From positions 3,168,001 through 3,232,000 of the forward strand of contig OY764159.1 of the NCBI GenBank assembly GCA_963668175.1: a stretch of DNA of 64,000 bases, given 5' to 3'. Each line of letters begins with the position of its first letter. Within the stretch, counting starts at the first letter, position 1. The position numbers and the translations under genes were made by a program. The notes under the pieces are model-generated. The model did not search any database. It was given only the letters and a program-made list of their open reading frames with translations, and was not told where the DNA came from. Shown here piece after piece: positions 10,817 through 19,708 of this stretch. This DNA comes from Syntrophales bacterium. GTDB lineage: Bacteria > Desulfobacterota > Syntrophia > Syntrophales > PHBD01.

Positions 10817-12082
10817 TTACTTGGTGGTTTTCCACGGTTTCTGGGGCAGCAGAATCTTGTCTGTCGCTGCGTACTTCTCGGGCCAGACGGTGATCTGCCT
10901 GTTGTTCTGCCACTGGGAAACGAGCGGGAACGCCGCTGTGTTCTGACCCATATTGGCCGGGTTGGAGGGCTCGAACTTCGCGCCGTAACCGGCTGCAGTC
11001 TCTCCATCCGGGATATTGATCTCAAGGGCGCCCTTCCTGATGGCGTCCGCATTCATCTGGCCGCCGCCCTTTTCTATAGCTTCCAGCAGGAGGAGGGTCC
11101 CCTGGTAGGCCACCAGCGAGTGGGCGGACTTGGGTTCGCTTCCGTAAGTCTCTTTGTAAAGCTTGTTGAATTCTTCGATGCCTTTGGCGAATTTCGGGTT
11201 AAGGTCGACCTGGGGATAATCGACATTGAAGATACCGTTTACCTCGTCACCCATGGCGTCGGCAAAATCTCTCAGGGCGTATCCGCCACCCTGGCCGATA
11301 TAGGCCTTGATCATGTTCAGGCCGAGTTCCTTTGCCTGACGGAAGAAGAGAATCGTATCGGTGATGTAGGAGGTGTGGATCAGGACATCGGGTTTGACGT
11401 CTTTCAGTTTCAAGACAACGGCGGAAAGGTCGTTGCTCTTCGCGCTGTAACGAATGCGGGCGGCAATCTTCATGCCCTGCGCCGCCGCTTCTTTCTCCGC
11501 CCAGTCGCCGCAGGTCGTACCGTACATCGAGTCTTCACCGATGACGGCAATCTTCAGATCTTCGGGTTTCTTACCCAGCTTCGGGGCGATGGCCTTGGCG
11601 AAACGAACGCCGTAGATGCCGTAGCTGGAAGCCGTGGGAACCGTCCGGAAAAGATACTTGTAGCTGCGGCTGGTGATCGGGTCGGAAATACCGCCTACTT
11701 CCCAGTAGATGACGCCGTTTCTTTCCGCGACTTCACTGGCGGCGAAGGAAAGGGAGCTGGAATACGTTCCAACGATCGCTTTGAGCCCTTCCTTACTGAT
11801 AAGACGGTCCGCTTCGGACACCGCGGCAGTCGCATCGGGTGCATCCGCCTTGACAAGCTCGATCTTTTTGCCGCCGATACCGCCGGCCGCATTCTTAACC
11901 TTCACGGCCAATTCGGCGCCGCGGAAGTTTTCCGTTCCTAATGCAGCCAGGTTGCCGCTGAACGGATACAATGCACCGATTCTCAGTGTGTCACCTTTCT
12001 TCCCCTGATCGCCGCCGGAACAACCGAGTATTAACCCAGCCGCAAGGCTTGCCATCAGCAATACCATCAATACTTTCTTCAT
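10817..12082 (-). CDS. livK: ABC transporter substrate-binding lipoprotein (LivK/LivJ family)
   Basis: Lipobox LILGC, IGALYPFSG, YLFRTVP. Confidence 0.9.
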   Translation of the reverse strand: MKKVLMVLLMASLAAGLILGCSGGDQGKKGDTLRIGALYPFSGNLAALGTENFRGAELAVKVKNAAGGIGGKKIELVKADAPDATAAVSEADRLISKEGLKAIVGTYSSSLSFAASEVAERNGVIYWEVGGISDPITSRSYKYLFRTVPTASSYGIYGVRFAKAIAPKLGKKPEDLKIAVIGEDSMYGTTCGDWAEKEAAAQGMKIAARIRYSAKSNDLSAVVLKLKDVKPDVLIHTSYITDTILFFRQAKELGLNMIKAYIGQGGGYALRDFADAMGDEVNGIFNVDYPQVDLNPKFAKGIEEFNKLYKETYGSEPKSAHSLVAYQGTLLLLEAIEKGGGQMNADAIRKGALEINIPDGETAAGYGAKFEPSNPANMGQNTAAFPLVSQWQNNRQITVWPEKYAATDKILLPQKPWKTTK

Positions 12083-12849
12083 TATCTTCCTCCGTTGGTT
12101 GAATTATTTGATCATACGCCGACTGCTCGTCGGCCATGCTTCCCTCGTTCCGTGATCGGCAATCCGTTTAGAAGCACCGGTCACGTTGCACGATCCATAC
12201 CATTTACGCCTGTTCGACCGCATTTTCATGTTCGGAGCCATCTGCGAAACGACGGCACCTTCAATGATATTCCTTTGCGGATTCGGAAGTTGTTTGAGAA
12301 ATGGATTTGCCAAAAAAACCACCATGGGTATTCCATGTGGGTTGTCGAATATCATCTATTGTCACGCTGAATTCAGCCGAATTACGAGAATAACCGGATC
12401 AACACCTCCCGCCCATCAGCAAGTAACCGTTCACACTTAACAATTGCGATAATCAGATTGCATAAAATCGTACACAATTAACCTATACGTTTTGGTAGAC
12501 AATCTTGTATAACATCGGACCTTCGTTGTCAATAAGATTTTATCTCGCATTTTTATAGGACAAAAAATGTCAATATTATAGGTATTTGTCTGAGACTACA
12601 CTTTCGACCATTTTCAGTTCGTCGAGGATGACGCGACGTCTTTGACCCGTCTCTATCCTTCTTAAGAGCTGCGTTTTATCGAATCGGGACGATCGGGTCT
12701 TGACAAGGAGACCGGATTTGTACCATTCTATCTTCCGATGATATGGTTTCCGCGGATATCACCGCCTACCTGCGAAATGCCGTTACAGCATTGAAAACAG
12801 CCGGTTTGCCGCTTTCATCCAGTAAATTCCCTGCATTAAAAGGATCGAC

Positions 12850-15147
12850 ATGAACGTGTTCTATTTTGAAAAAATCGCCCGTGAGCTCGACATCAGCCCC
12901 ACCCAGGTCCAGGCCACGGCCCAGTTGATCGGCGAGGCCGCCACCGTCCCGTTTATCGCACGCTACCGGAAGGAAATGACCGGCTCCCTCGACGAGGTGG
13001 CCGTAACCGCCATCCGGGATCGTCTCGTTCAACTGGAGGAACTCGACAGCCGCCGGGAGGCGATCGTCAAATCCCTCACGGAACGCAACCTCCTGACCGA
13101 CGAACTCAAGGTTAAAATCGAAGCGGCGGAAACCCTCGCCGTCCTGGAAGACATCTACCTGCCCTTCCGGCCGAAACGCCGGACCAGGGCGACCATTGCC
13201 CGGGAAAAAGGGTTGGAACCTCTGGCGGCTGCTCTGTTCGCCCAGAGTGACATGGACGTCCCAGCGGAAGCCGCCCGGTATGTGGATGCGGAAAAAGGCG
13301 TTGCCGACACCGAAGAGGCGCTGGCGGGCGCCAGGGATATCATGGCGGAATGGATCAACGAGAATCAGGACGCCAGGACGGCCGTCCGGGCGTTGTTTTT
13401 CGAAAAAGGCACCATCCGCGCCCGGGTGATCACGGGAAAGGAAGAGGAAGGCATCAAGTATAAAGACTACTACGATTGGGAAGAACCCATCGCCACAGCG
13501 CAGGCCCACCGGGTCCTCGCCATGCGCCGCGGCGAGCAGGAGGAATTCCTGATCCTGCGCATGTCGCCGCCGGAAGACGATGCCCTGAACATCCTGGAAG
13601 GCCTCTTCGTCCGCGGGGACGCCGAATCGTCCCGTCAGGTCCGCCTCGCCGCCCACGACGGCTACCGCCGCCTCCTGGCCTCCTCGATGGAGACGGAGGT
13701 CCGCCTTGCCACCAAGAAGGCGGCAGACGACACGTCCATCAAGGTCTTCGCTGAAAACCTGCGGCAGCTTCTCCTGGCTCCGCCCCTGGGACAGAAGGCT
13801 GTCCTGGCAATCGATCCGGGTTTCCGGACGGGCTGCAAGATCGTTTGCCTGGACCGGCAGGGCAAGCTCCTCCATAACGAAACGATCTATCCCCTGCTTT
13901 CCGACCGCAACCGACAGGAAGCGTCCCTGGCCGTCGCAGCGCTCCTCACCCGCTTCGCCGTCGAGGCCGTCGCCGTGGGCAACGGCACGGGCGGGCGTGA
14001 GACGGAGGCCTTCCTTCGCACACTGGATATACCCCAAACGGTCCCCATCGTCATGGTCAACGAAAGCGGGGCTTCCGTCTATTCGGCATCGCAGGCGGCC
14101 CGCGACGAATTCCCCGACCAGGATGTCACGGTCCGCGGGGCTGTTTCCATAGGCCGGCGCCTGATGGACCCGCTGGCCGAACTCGTCAAGATCGATCCCA
14201 AGGCGATCGGCGTCGGCCAATACCAGCACGACGTGGACCAAACGGCGCTGAAACAGTGCCTCGACGATATCGTCATAAGCTGCGTCAACGCCGTCGGCGT
14301 CGAAGTGAATACGGCGAGTGCCCAGCTTCTGTCCTATGTTTCCGGACTAGGTCCGGCCCTGGCGGACAATATCGTCAAGCACAGAAACGCCAACGGGCCG
14401 TTCGTATCCCGCACGGAGCTCCTCAAAGTCAACCGCCTGGGCCCGAAGGCCTTCGAACAGTCGGCGGGATTCATCCGGATCAGGGACGGCCTCCACCCCC
14501 TCGACGCCAGCGCCGTCCATCCGGAAAGTTACGGCATCGTCGAGCGGATGGCCGCCGACCAGGGCTGCTCCATTACCGACCTGATGCAGGACGAAGCGCG
14601 CAGGCAACAGATCCGGCTTTCCGATTACGTCTCCGATCAGGTCGGCCTGCCTACGCTGAAAGATATCATGAGCGAACTCGCCAAGCCGGGGCGAGACCCG
14701 CGTCAGCAGTTCCAGAATGTCGTCTTCGCGGAAGGAATCGAAAAGATCGGCGACCTGTCTCCAGGAATGAAGCTGCCGGGCATTGTGACGAACATTACCG
14801 CTTTCGGCGCCTTTGTCGATATCGGCGTCCATCAGGACGGTCTCGTACACTTGAGCGAAATGGCCGACCGGTACGTCAAGGCCCCGGGAGAAGTCGTGAA
14901 GGTCGGGCAGAAGGTCGATGTCACTGTTCTGACCGTCGATCTCGCCAGGAGCAGGATCGGCCTCTCTCTGAAAAAGTCGCCGGGACAGAAGAACAGGACT
15001 GATGCATCGAACGAAACGCTCTCGGCGACGCCGGCAACACAGGGAAAACGGCAGGAGAGGAAGGCGGAGAAGAAGCCGGCCAGAGAGGCCCCCAAACCTT
15101 TCAACAATCCCTTTGCCGATGCCTTCCGCAAGCAGGGAAAGCATTAA
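12850..15147 (+). CDS. tex: Tex family RNA-binding transcriptional accessory protein
   Basis: TVPFIARYRKE, IDPGFRTGCK, GVGQYQHDV, C-terminal S1 domain. Confidence 0.97.
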   Translation: MNVFYFEKIARELDISPTQVQATAQLIGEAATVPFIARYRKEMTGSLDEVAVTAIRDRLVQLEELDSRREAIVKSLTERNLLTDELKVKIEAAETLAVLEDIYLPFRPKRRTRATIAREKGLEPLAAALFAQSDMDVPAEAARYVDAEKGVADTEEALAGARDIMAEWINENQDARTAVRALFFEKGTIRARVITGKEEEGIKYKDYYDWEEPIATAQAHRVLAMRRGEQEEFLILRMSPPEDDALNILEGLFVRGDAESSRQVRLAAHDGYRRLLASSMETEVRLATKKAADDTSIKVFAENLRQLLLAPPLGQKAVLAIDPGFRTGCKIVCLDRQGKLLHNETIYPLLSDRNRQEASLAVAALLTRFAVEAVAVGNGTGGRETEAFLRTLDIPQTVPIVMVNESGASVYSASQAARDEFPDQDVTVRGAVSIGRRLMDPLAELVKIDPKAIGVGQYQHDVDQTALKQCLDDIVISCVNAVGVEVNTASAQLLSYVSGLGPALADNIVKHRNANGPFVSRTELLKVNRLGPKAFEQSAGFIRIRDGLHPLDASAVHPESYGIVERMAADQGCSITDLMQDEARRQQIRLSDYVSDQVGLPTLKDIMSELAKPGRDPRQQFQNVVFAEGIEKIGDLSPGMKLPGIVTNITAFGAFVDIGVHQDGLVHLSEMADRYVKAPGEVVKVGQKVDVTVLTVDLARSRIGLSLKKSPGQKNRTDASNETLSATPATQGKRQERKAEKKPAREAPKPFNNPFADAFRKQGKH

Positions 15148-15251
15148 CAGACAGTTGAAACGCGCCCGATATCGTCAACTGTTCCATCCGGCGCGTCAGG
15201 CTGCAAGCCTCGGCCATTGACATACTCCTATGGTTGCTTCAATCCAACCGC

Positions 15252-15392
15252 CCCCCTATATATAGGGGGTTGCGCCCTCCGCAAGGGGGCTTTTGCGCGT
15301 CCCTTAAAGGGGATAAACTTTACTTTCGGACATTTTTGAACCCCCTGAAGGGGGCAAGCAGCCTGCGCGCCCCCTTCATAGGGGGTTCAAAA
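15252..15392. repeat. Cluster of CCCCCT..AGGGGG hairpins (REP-like or structured RNA)
   Basis: CCCCCTATATATAGGGGG; GCCCTCCGCAAGGGGGC; TCCCTTAAAGGGGA; long inverted repeat TTTTGAACCCCCT...AGGGGGTTCAAAA. Confidence 0.65.
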
Positions 15393-15426
15393 TCGCGTGA
15401 TTCAACAAGCTGTCAGAAGGAGGAGG

Positions 15427-15669
15427 ATGGCCGACGACAGAAGAAAGGCCGGCCGGAACACCGTCGGCCCCGCCCGGACGGATGACGAAGCGATGGAGGG
15501 ACGGGTCAACTGTTTCATGTGCCGCCATTTCTACATTACTTACGACCCGAACTTCCCCTACGGATGCAGGGCCGCCGGATTCCGGTCGCGCGTCTTGCCG
15601 GCGGAAGAGGTCTTCATCAGCTCCGGTATGCAATGCCTCCTTTATACGGAGAAAGAGAAAATCCGTTGA
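15427..15669 (+). CDS. Small Cys-rich protein (CxxC...C...C)
   Basis: Strong RBS GGAGGAGG; NCFMCRHFYITYDPNFPYGC...C. Confidence 0.8.
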   Translation: MADDRRKAGRNTVGPARTDDEAMEGRVNCFMCRHFYITYDPNFPYGCRAAGFRSRVLPAEEVFISSGMQCLLYTEKEKIR

Positions 15670-15706
15670 TGTTTCGATGCGGAAATCGATAAAGAGCGAG
15701 GTCGTT

Positions 15707-15982
15707 ATGAACAAATCGGATCTGGTTGCGGCCCTGGTTGAAAAAGAGAAGATGACGGAGAAAATGGCGGCAGACGTCGTGAGCCTGATTTTCGACGACT
15801 TCGCCGCCGAGCTTGCCCGGGGCGGCCGCATCGAAATCCGGGGATTGGGGACCTTTACGGTACGTCAATACGGCTCCCATGGAGGACGGAACCCCAAGAC
15901 GGGGGAGAAGATCGTCGTAAAACCCAAGCGGCTGCCGTTTTTCAAACCGGGCAAGGGACTCAAAGAGAAGGTTGCGGGATGA
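15707..15982 (+). CDS. ihfB: Integration host factor beta / HU family DNA-binding protein
   Basis: MNKSDL, RIEIRGLGTF, GRNPKTGE, PFFKPGK. Confidence 0.88.
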   Translation: MNKSDLVAALVEKEKMTEKMAADVVSLIFDDFAAELARGGRIEIRGLGTFTVRQYGSHGGRNPKTGEKIVVKPKRLPFFKPGKGLKEKVAG

Positions 15983-16523
15983 CAGCAGCCGTCAGGCGAT
16001 TTTCCGCCGGCCGCAATCAGTTCAGCGTTTCGCGGCCTCCCGGCGACGGAAGGCGGCGAGGTTGAGACAGCGTCACCGTCCTGCCGATGGAGAGCGGACC
16101 CGCTCCCATTCTTTCTGCCGGTCCATCTGCGCCTGCACGGCCCAGGATGGACATGGCCGCGTCGGAGAATTGGATTTCCGCTTTCCCTGATATAAAGTTT
16201 ATATTGACAAAGGAATAAAATAGCGTATAGTAGTATTGTTCTTAATTGACATTCTTTTTACTATACATACATTCTTCTCTTTCGGCACGTATCTTAACGT
16301 CCCCGTTATCCTAGATACTGATTCTGAAAATATTTCGACCCCCGGCACCCTTTACAGATGGAGACGATGAAGTTCCGGCAATTGAGCGATTCAGTAGTCC
16401 GCGTATATGATCGTAACGACAACCCGTGTCCGTTTCCGCTGCCCGACCGGGTGGATTCCACCATGTCAACCTGAGCGGTCGCCGGGGTGATTCGCATCGC
16501 AGGACTCGGAAAGGATCATTTTC

Positions 16524-16904
16524 TTGACCAAGAGAAAGAGCCAGGCAGAACATGACGAAATGATCATCGCCCTGACGTCCCATCTGCGGCATAACGGCCA
16601 TAAGGATGTCCGGGCCGATATCGAGGGCTATATAAGGCCGGAGGCGATCCCAAGCGGAAAGACCAGCGACGGCCTTATCCCCGATGTGACCTCCTCCTGC
16701 GGGAAGGAGTTCATCTTCGAAATCGAAACAGCCGATTCGATCGACGAAACCCATACCGAGAACCAGTGGCGCAGTTTCGCCGCCTATTCGGCTGCACGCA
16801 ACAAGAATTTCATTGTCGTCGTCCCTAAAGGTGTGGACAAGCAGGCCAGGCTCCGGGCGGAAGCATTGGGCGTCGTCGTCAAAGACGTCTGGACGGTCCG
16901 TTGA
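16524..16904 (+). CDS. Hypothetical protein with PD-(D/E)xK-like signature
   Basis: H..MI..L helix, IPDV...FEIET; TTG start after AAGGA. Confidence 0.7.
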   Translation: MTKRKSQAEHDEMIIALTSHLRHNGHKDVRADIEGYIRPEAIPSGKTSDGLIPDVTSSCGKEFIFEIETADSIDETHTENQWRSFAAYSAARNKNFIVVVPKGVDKQARLRAEALGVVVKDVWTVR

Positions 16905-17054
16905 AAAGCTTTCCCGGCGGCATCATAATCCCTTCGCCACGCCTATTTGACGCGCCTTCCCGATTCCGACGTCACAGTTACGAAGGCTTAACCTTCCCCA
17001 TGGCCCATTTTCCGGGACCGCGGCCGTCAAAGGCCTCTTTTTTTTCCACCCCCC

Positions 17055-17083
17055 TTGACAATAAAAAAGTCCGTGATTAATTT
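17055..17083 (+). promoter_or_regulatory. Sigma70-type promoter of hsp20 pair
   Basis: TTGACA-N17-TAATTT. Confidence 0.55.
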
Positions 17084-17181
17084 TAAGTCAATGCGAATAT
17101 TGCCTTATGATATTAAAGGTATACGTATGCCGTTGTATGGCGTAAACCGTCTTTTTTGAAGATACGTTATAAAAAGGAGGT

Positions 17182-17628
17182 ATGAACATGTTCGGATTAA
17201 GAACGGGAAGATTCGGAGTCGATACGTTGAGGGAACTGCAGAATCTGCAGAGGGACATCAACCAGGCATTTTCGGGAATAAGTCCCCTGCCGGCGGTGCG
17301 CCAGTATCCGGCCCTCAATGTGTGGGAAAGCGGCGGAGAGCTGATCTTCACGGCCGAGTTGCCTGGCATTGACCCTGAGAAGCTGGACATCTCCGTCGTC
17401 AACGACACCCTGACCCTGAAGGGCACCAGGGATCATGTGGCACTCAAGGAAGGAGAAGCCTTTCACCGCCAGGAACGCAGCACGGGGCGATTCTCCCGAA
17501 CGGTCGGCCTGCCGTTTACGGCCGATGCCGCCAGGGTCAACGCCGTCTATAAGAAAGGCATCCTGACGATTACGGTGCCGAGGGCGGAGAAGGAAAAGCC
17601 CAAAAAGATAACGATCAGTACCGAATAG
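17182..17628 (+). CDS. Hsp20/alpha-crystallin small heat shock protein
   Basis: AELPGID, ERSTGRFSR, AVYKKGILTITVP; RBS AGGAGG. Confidence 0.95.
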   Translation: MNMFGLRTGRFGVDTLRELQNLQRDINQAFSGISPLPAVRQYPALNVWESGGELIFTAELPGIDPEKLDISVVNDTLTLKGTRDHVALKEGEAFHRQERSTGRFSRTVGLPFTADAARVNAVYKKGILTITVPRAEKEKPKKITISTE

Positions 17629-17644
17629 AGAGGAGGCATGAACC

Positions 17645-18049
17645 ATGGCACAGGAAGCGAAGGAAACCGCCAAACAGGAAGTGCAGCAACCGTCGGGCAC
17701 GGAGCGCACGAGGACAAAAAAGGTCTACGTGCCGGAGGTGGATATATACGAGACGAAGGACAGCATTGTCCTGATAGCGGATTTGCCGGGCGTGGACGAG
17801 AAATCCGTGGACATCGTCCTTGAGAAGAACGTCCTGACGATTACGGGTGCGGCCGGGCCGGTTGCGTATCCGGGCTATAGCGTGACGTACTCCGAATACG
17901 ATACGGGCGACTACCAGAGGGCGTTCACGATAAGCGATGAAGTCGACCGCGACAACATCGACGCCGCCGTCAAAAACGGCGTCCTTACGATAACGCTCCA
18001 CAAAGCGGAGAAGGCCAAGGTCAAGAAGATCTCCGTAACGACTCATTAG
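17645..18049 (+). CDS. Hsp20/alpha-crystallin small heat shock protein
   Basis: PEVDIYET, ADLPGVD, VKNGVLTITL. Confidence 0.95.
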   Translation: MAQEAKETAKQEVQQPSGTERTRTKKVYVPEVDIYETKDSIVLIADLPGVDEKSVDIVLEKNVLTITGAAGPVAYPGYSVTYSEYDTGDYQRAFTISDEVDRDNIDAAVKNGVLTITLHKAEKAKVKKISVTTH

Positions 18050-18072
18050 TATTGCAAATCATCTCTTCGTCA

Positions 18073-18125
18073 CGGCGGCGGGAAGAAGGGTATACGCCAT
18101 ACCTCCCTCTCTCCCGCCGCTTTCG
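18073..18125 (+). terminator. Probable terminator after hsp20 pair
   Basis: GCGGCGGGA...TCCCGCCGC followed by TTT. Confidence 0.5.
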
Positions 18126-18309
18126 TCTCTCAGGTTAATTGAAGCGAAAAATCAGGTTTTTCCCGATTGCACGGCAAGGGAATCATTTCTTATGGTTTAT
18201 TGTGTTATGCCTGTGAGAACAGACTTCCCCGGGCAACACGCCGTTCGAGGCAGGCAGGACATCTTCAAATCCCGCCCGCGCCGTCATCTCAGGTAAGGAG
18301 ACCTTCGCT

Positions 18310-19704
18310 ATGTCCGAGTTGATTGTCATCACGCCCGACGACGTTTATAACAGAGTCCGAACGGGGACAGCCCTCCTGGTCTGCGCCTACGACGAGGAAG
18401 AGAAGTTCCTGAAAATCCGCCTCGAAGGTGCGATTTCCCTCAAGGAGCTGGAAGCGCGCCTTCCCGATCTTCCGAAAGACCGGGAGATCGTTTTCTATTG
18501 CGCCTGACCGGAGCAGGCCACTTCCGTCCGTCGGGCGGAGCAATACCAAAAGCTCGGGTACACGGCCGTCAAGATATTGCGGGGCGGGGTGAAGGCATGG
18601 GAGGCGGCCGGACTTCCGCTGGTTCCCCAGGAGAAATCCGCTCCGAAAGCGCCCTCGAAGCAGGAACGGAAAGCGGCGGCACGCAGAAACGGAGAGAAAA
18701 AGAGCATCAATCTGGCCCTGCAGGGAGGCGGCACGCACGGCGCATTCACCTGGGGCGTCCTGGACCGCCTCCTGGAGGACGACCGCATCCATATCGAGGC
18801 CATCAGCGGCACCAGCGCCGGGGCGATAAATGCGACGATTATCGCGGACGGCCTCATGGAAAGCGGCAGGGAGGGCGCCCGCCGGGCCCTGGAAGGATTC
18901 TGGTGGTCCATCAGCCATGCGGCGCAGTTCAGCCCCATCAAGCGGACGCCCCTGGACGTCCTCACGGGCAACTGGAACCTGGACCGTTCGCCCAGCTATC
19001 TCTTCTTTGAAGTGATGGAACAGCTTGCCTCCCCCTACCTTCTGAATCCGCTCAACCTCAACCCCATAAAAACGCTGCTCGCCAGGCAGGTCAATTTCGA
19101 ACGGGTCCGCCAGTGCGACGTGATGAAGGTCTTTATCTCCGCGACCAATGTCCGCACAGGCCGGGTGAAGCTCTTCGAACGGACGCAATTGACCCTGGAC
19201 ATGGTCATGGCTTCCGCCAGCCTCCCCTATCTCTTCCAGGCGGTGGAAATCGACGGCGAGGCTTACTGGGACGGAGGCTACTCCGGAAACCCCGTTCTCT
19301 ACCCCTTTGCCTACCAGTGCACGTCCAAGGACGTCGTAATCGTCCAGATCAACCCCATGTGCAGGAATACCGTCCCCAAAACGGCCCATGAAATCCTGAA
19401 CCGGATCAACGAGATCACATTCAACGGTTCGCTCATGAAGGAACTCCGGGCCATCGAATTTGTCGGCCGGCTCCTCGATTCCGAGAGTGTGGATCCCGTC
19501 CGCTACAAGAAGATGCTCCTCCATGTGATCAACGCGGAAGAGGAACTCAAATACTTTAACGCTTCCAGTAAATTCAATGCGGAATGGGGTTTCCTGACCC
19601 ACCTGCGGACACTCGGCCGCCTGGCGGCGGAAAAATGGCTGGATGCGAACTACGACGCGATAGGCAAACGGTCGTCGGTGGATCTGCGCTCGCTTTTCGA
19701 ATAA
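18310..19704 (+). CDS. Putative selenoprotein: rhodanese-like domain (CxU, Sec66 at TGA 18505-18507) fused to patatin-like phospholipase
   Basis: Single frame: ...REIVFYCA-TGA-PEQATSVRRAEQYQKLGYTAVKILRGGVKAWEAAG completes the rhodanese fold, then patatin GGGTHG, GTSAG, DGG; hairpin follows the TGA. Confidence 0.85.
18505..18540 (+). promoter_or_regulatory. Bacterial SECIS-like element
   Basis: Stem TTCCGTCC/GGGCGGAG (18522-18540), apical loop GTC beginning with G, 22 nt after the UGA. Confidence 0.7.
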
Positions 19705-19708
19705 ACCG

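Noticed and set aside
16283..16298. Sigma54 promoter candidate GGCACGTATCTTAA
   Set aside because: Lacks the conserved -12 GC
17040..17180. CIRCE or HAIR heat-shock operator upstream of hsp20
   Set aside because: No TTAGCACTC-N9-GAGTGCTAA or CTTGAGT-N7-ACTCAAG found
18577..19704. Patatin as an independent gene starting at TTG 18577
   Set aside because: The start lies inside the rhodanese fold with no clear RBS; read-through from 18310 explains it better
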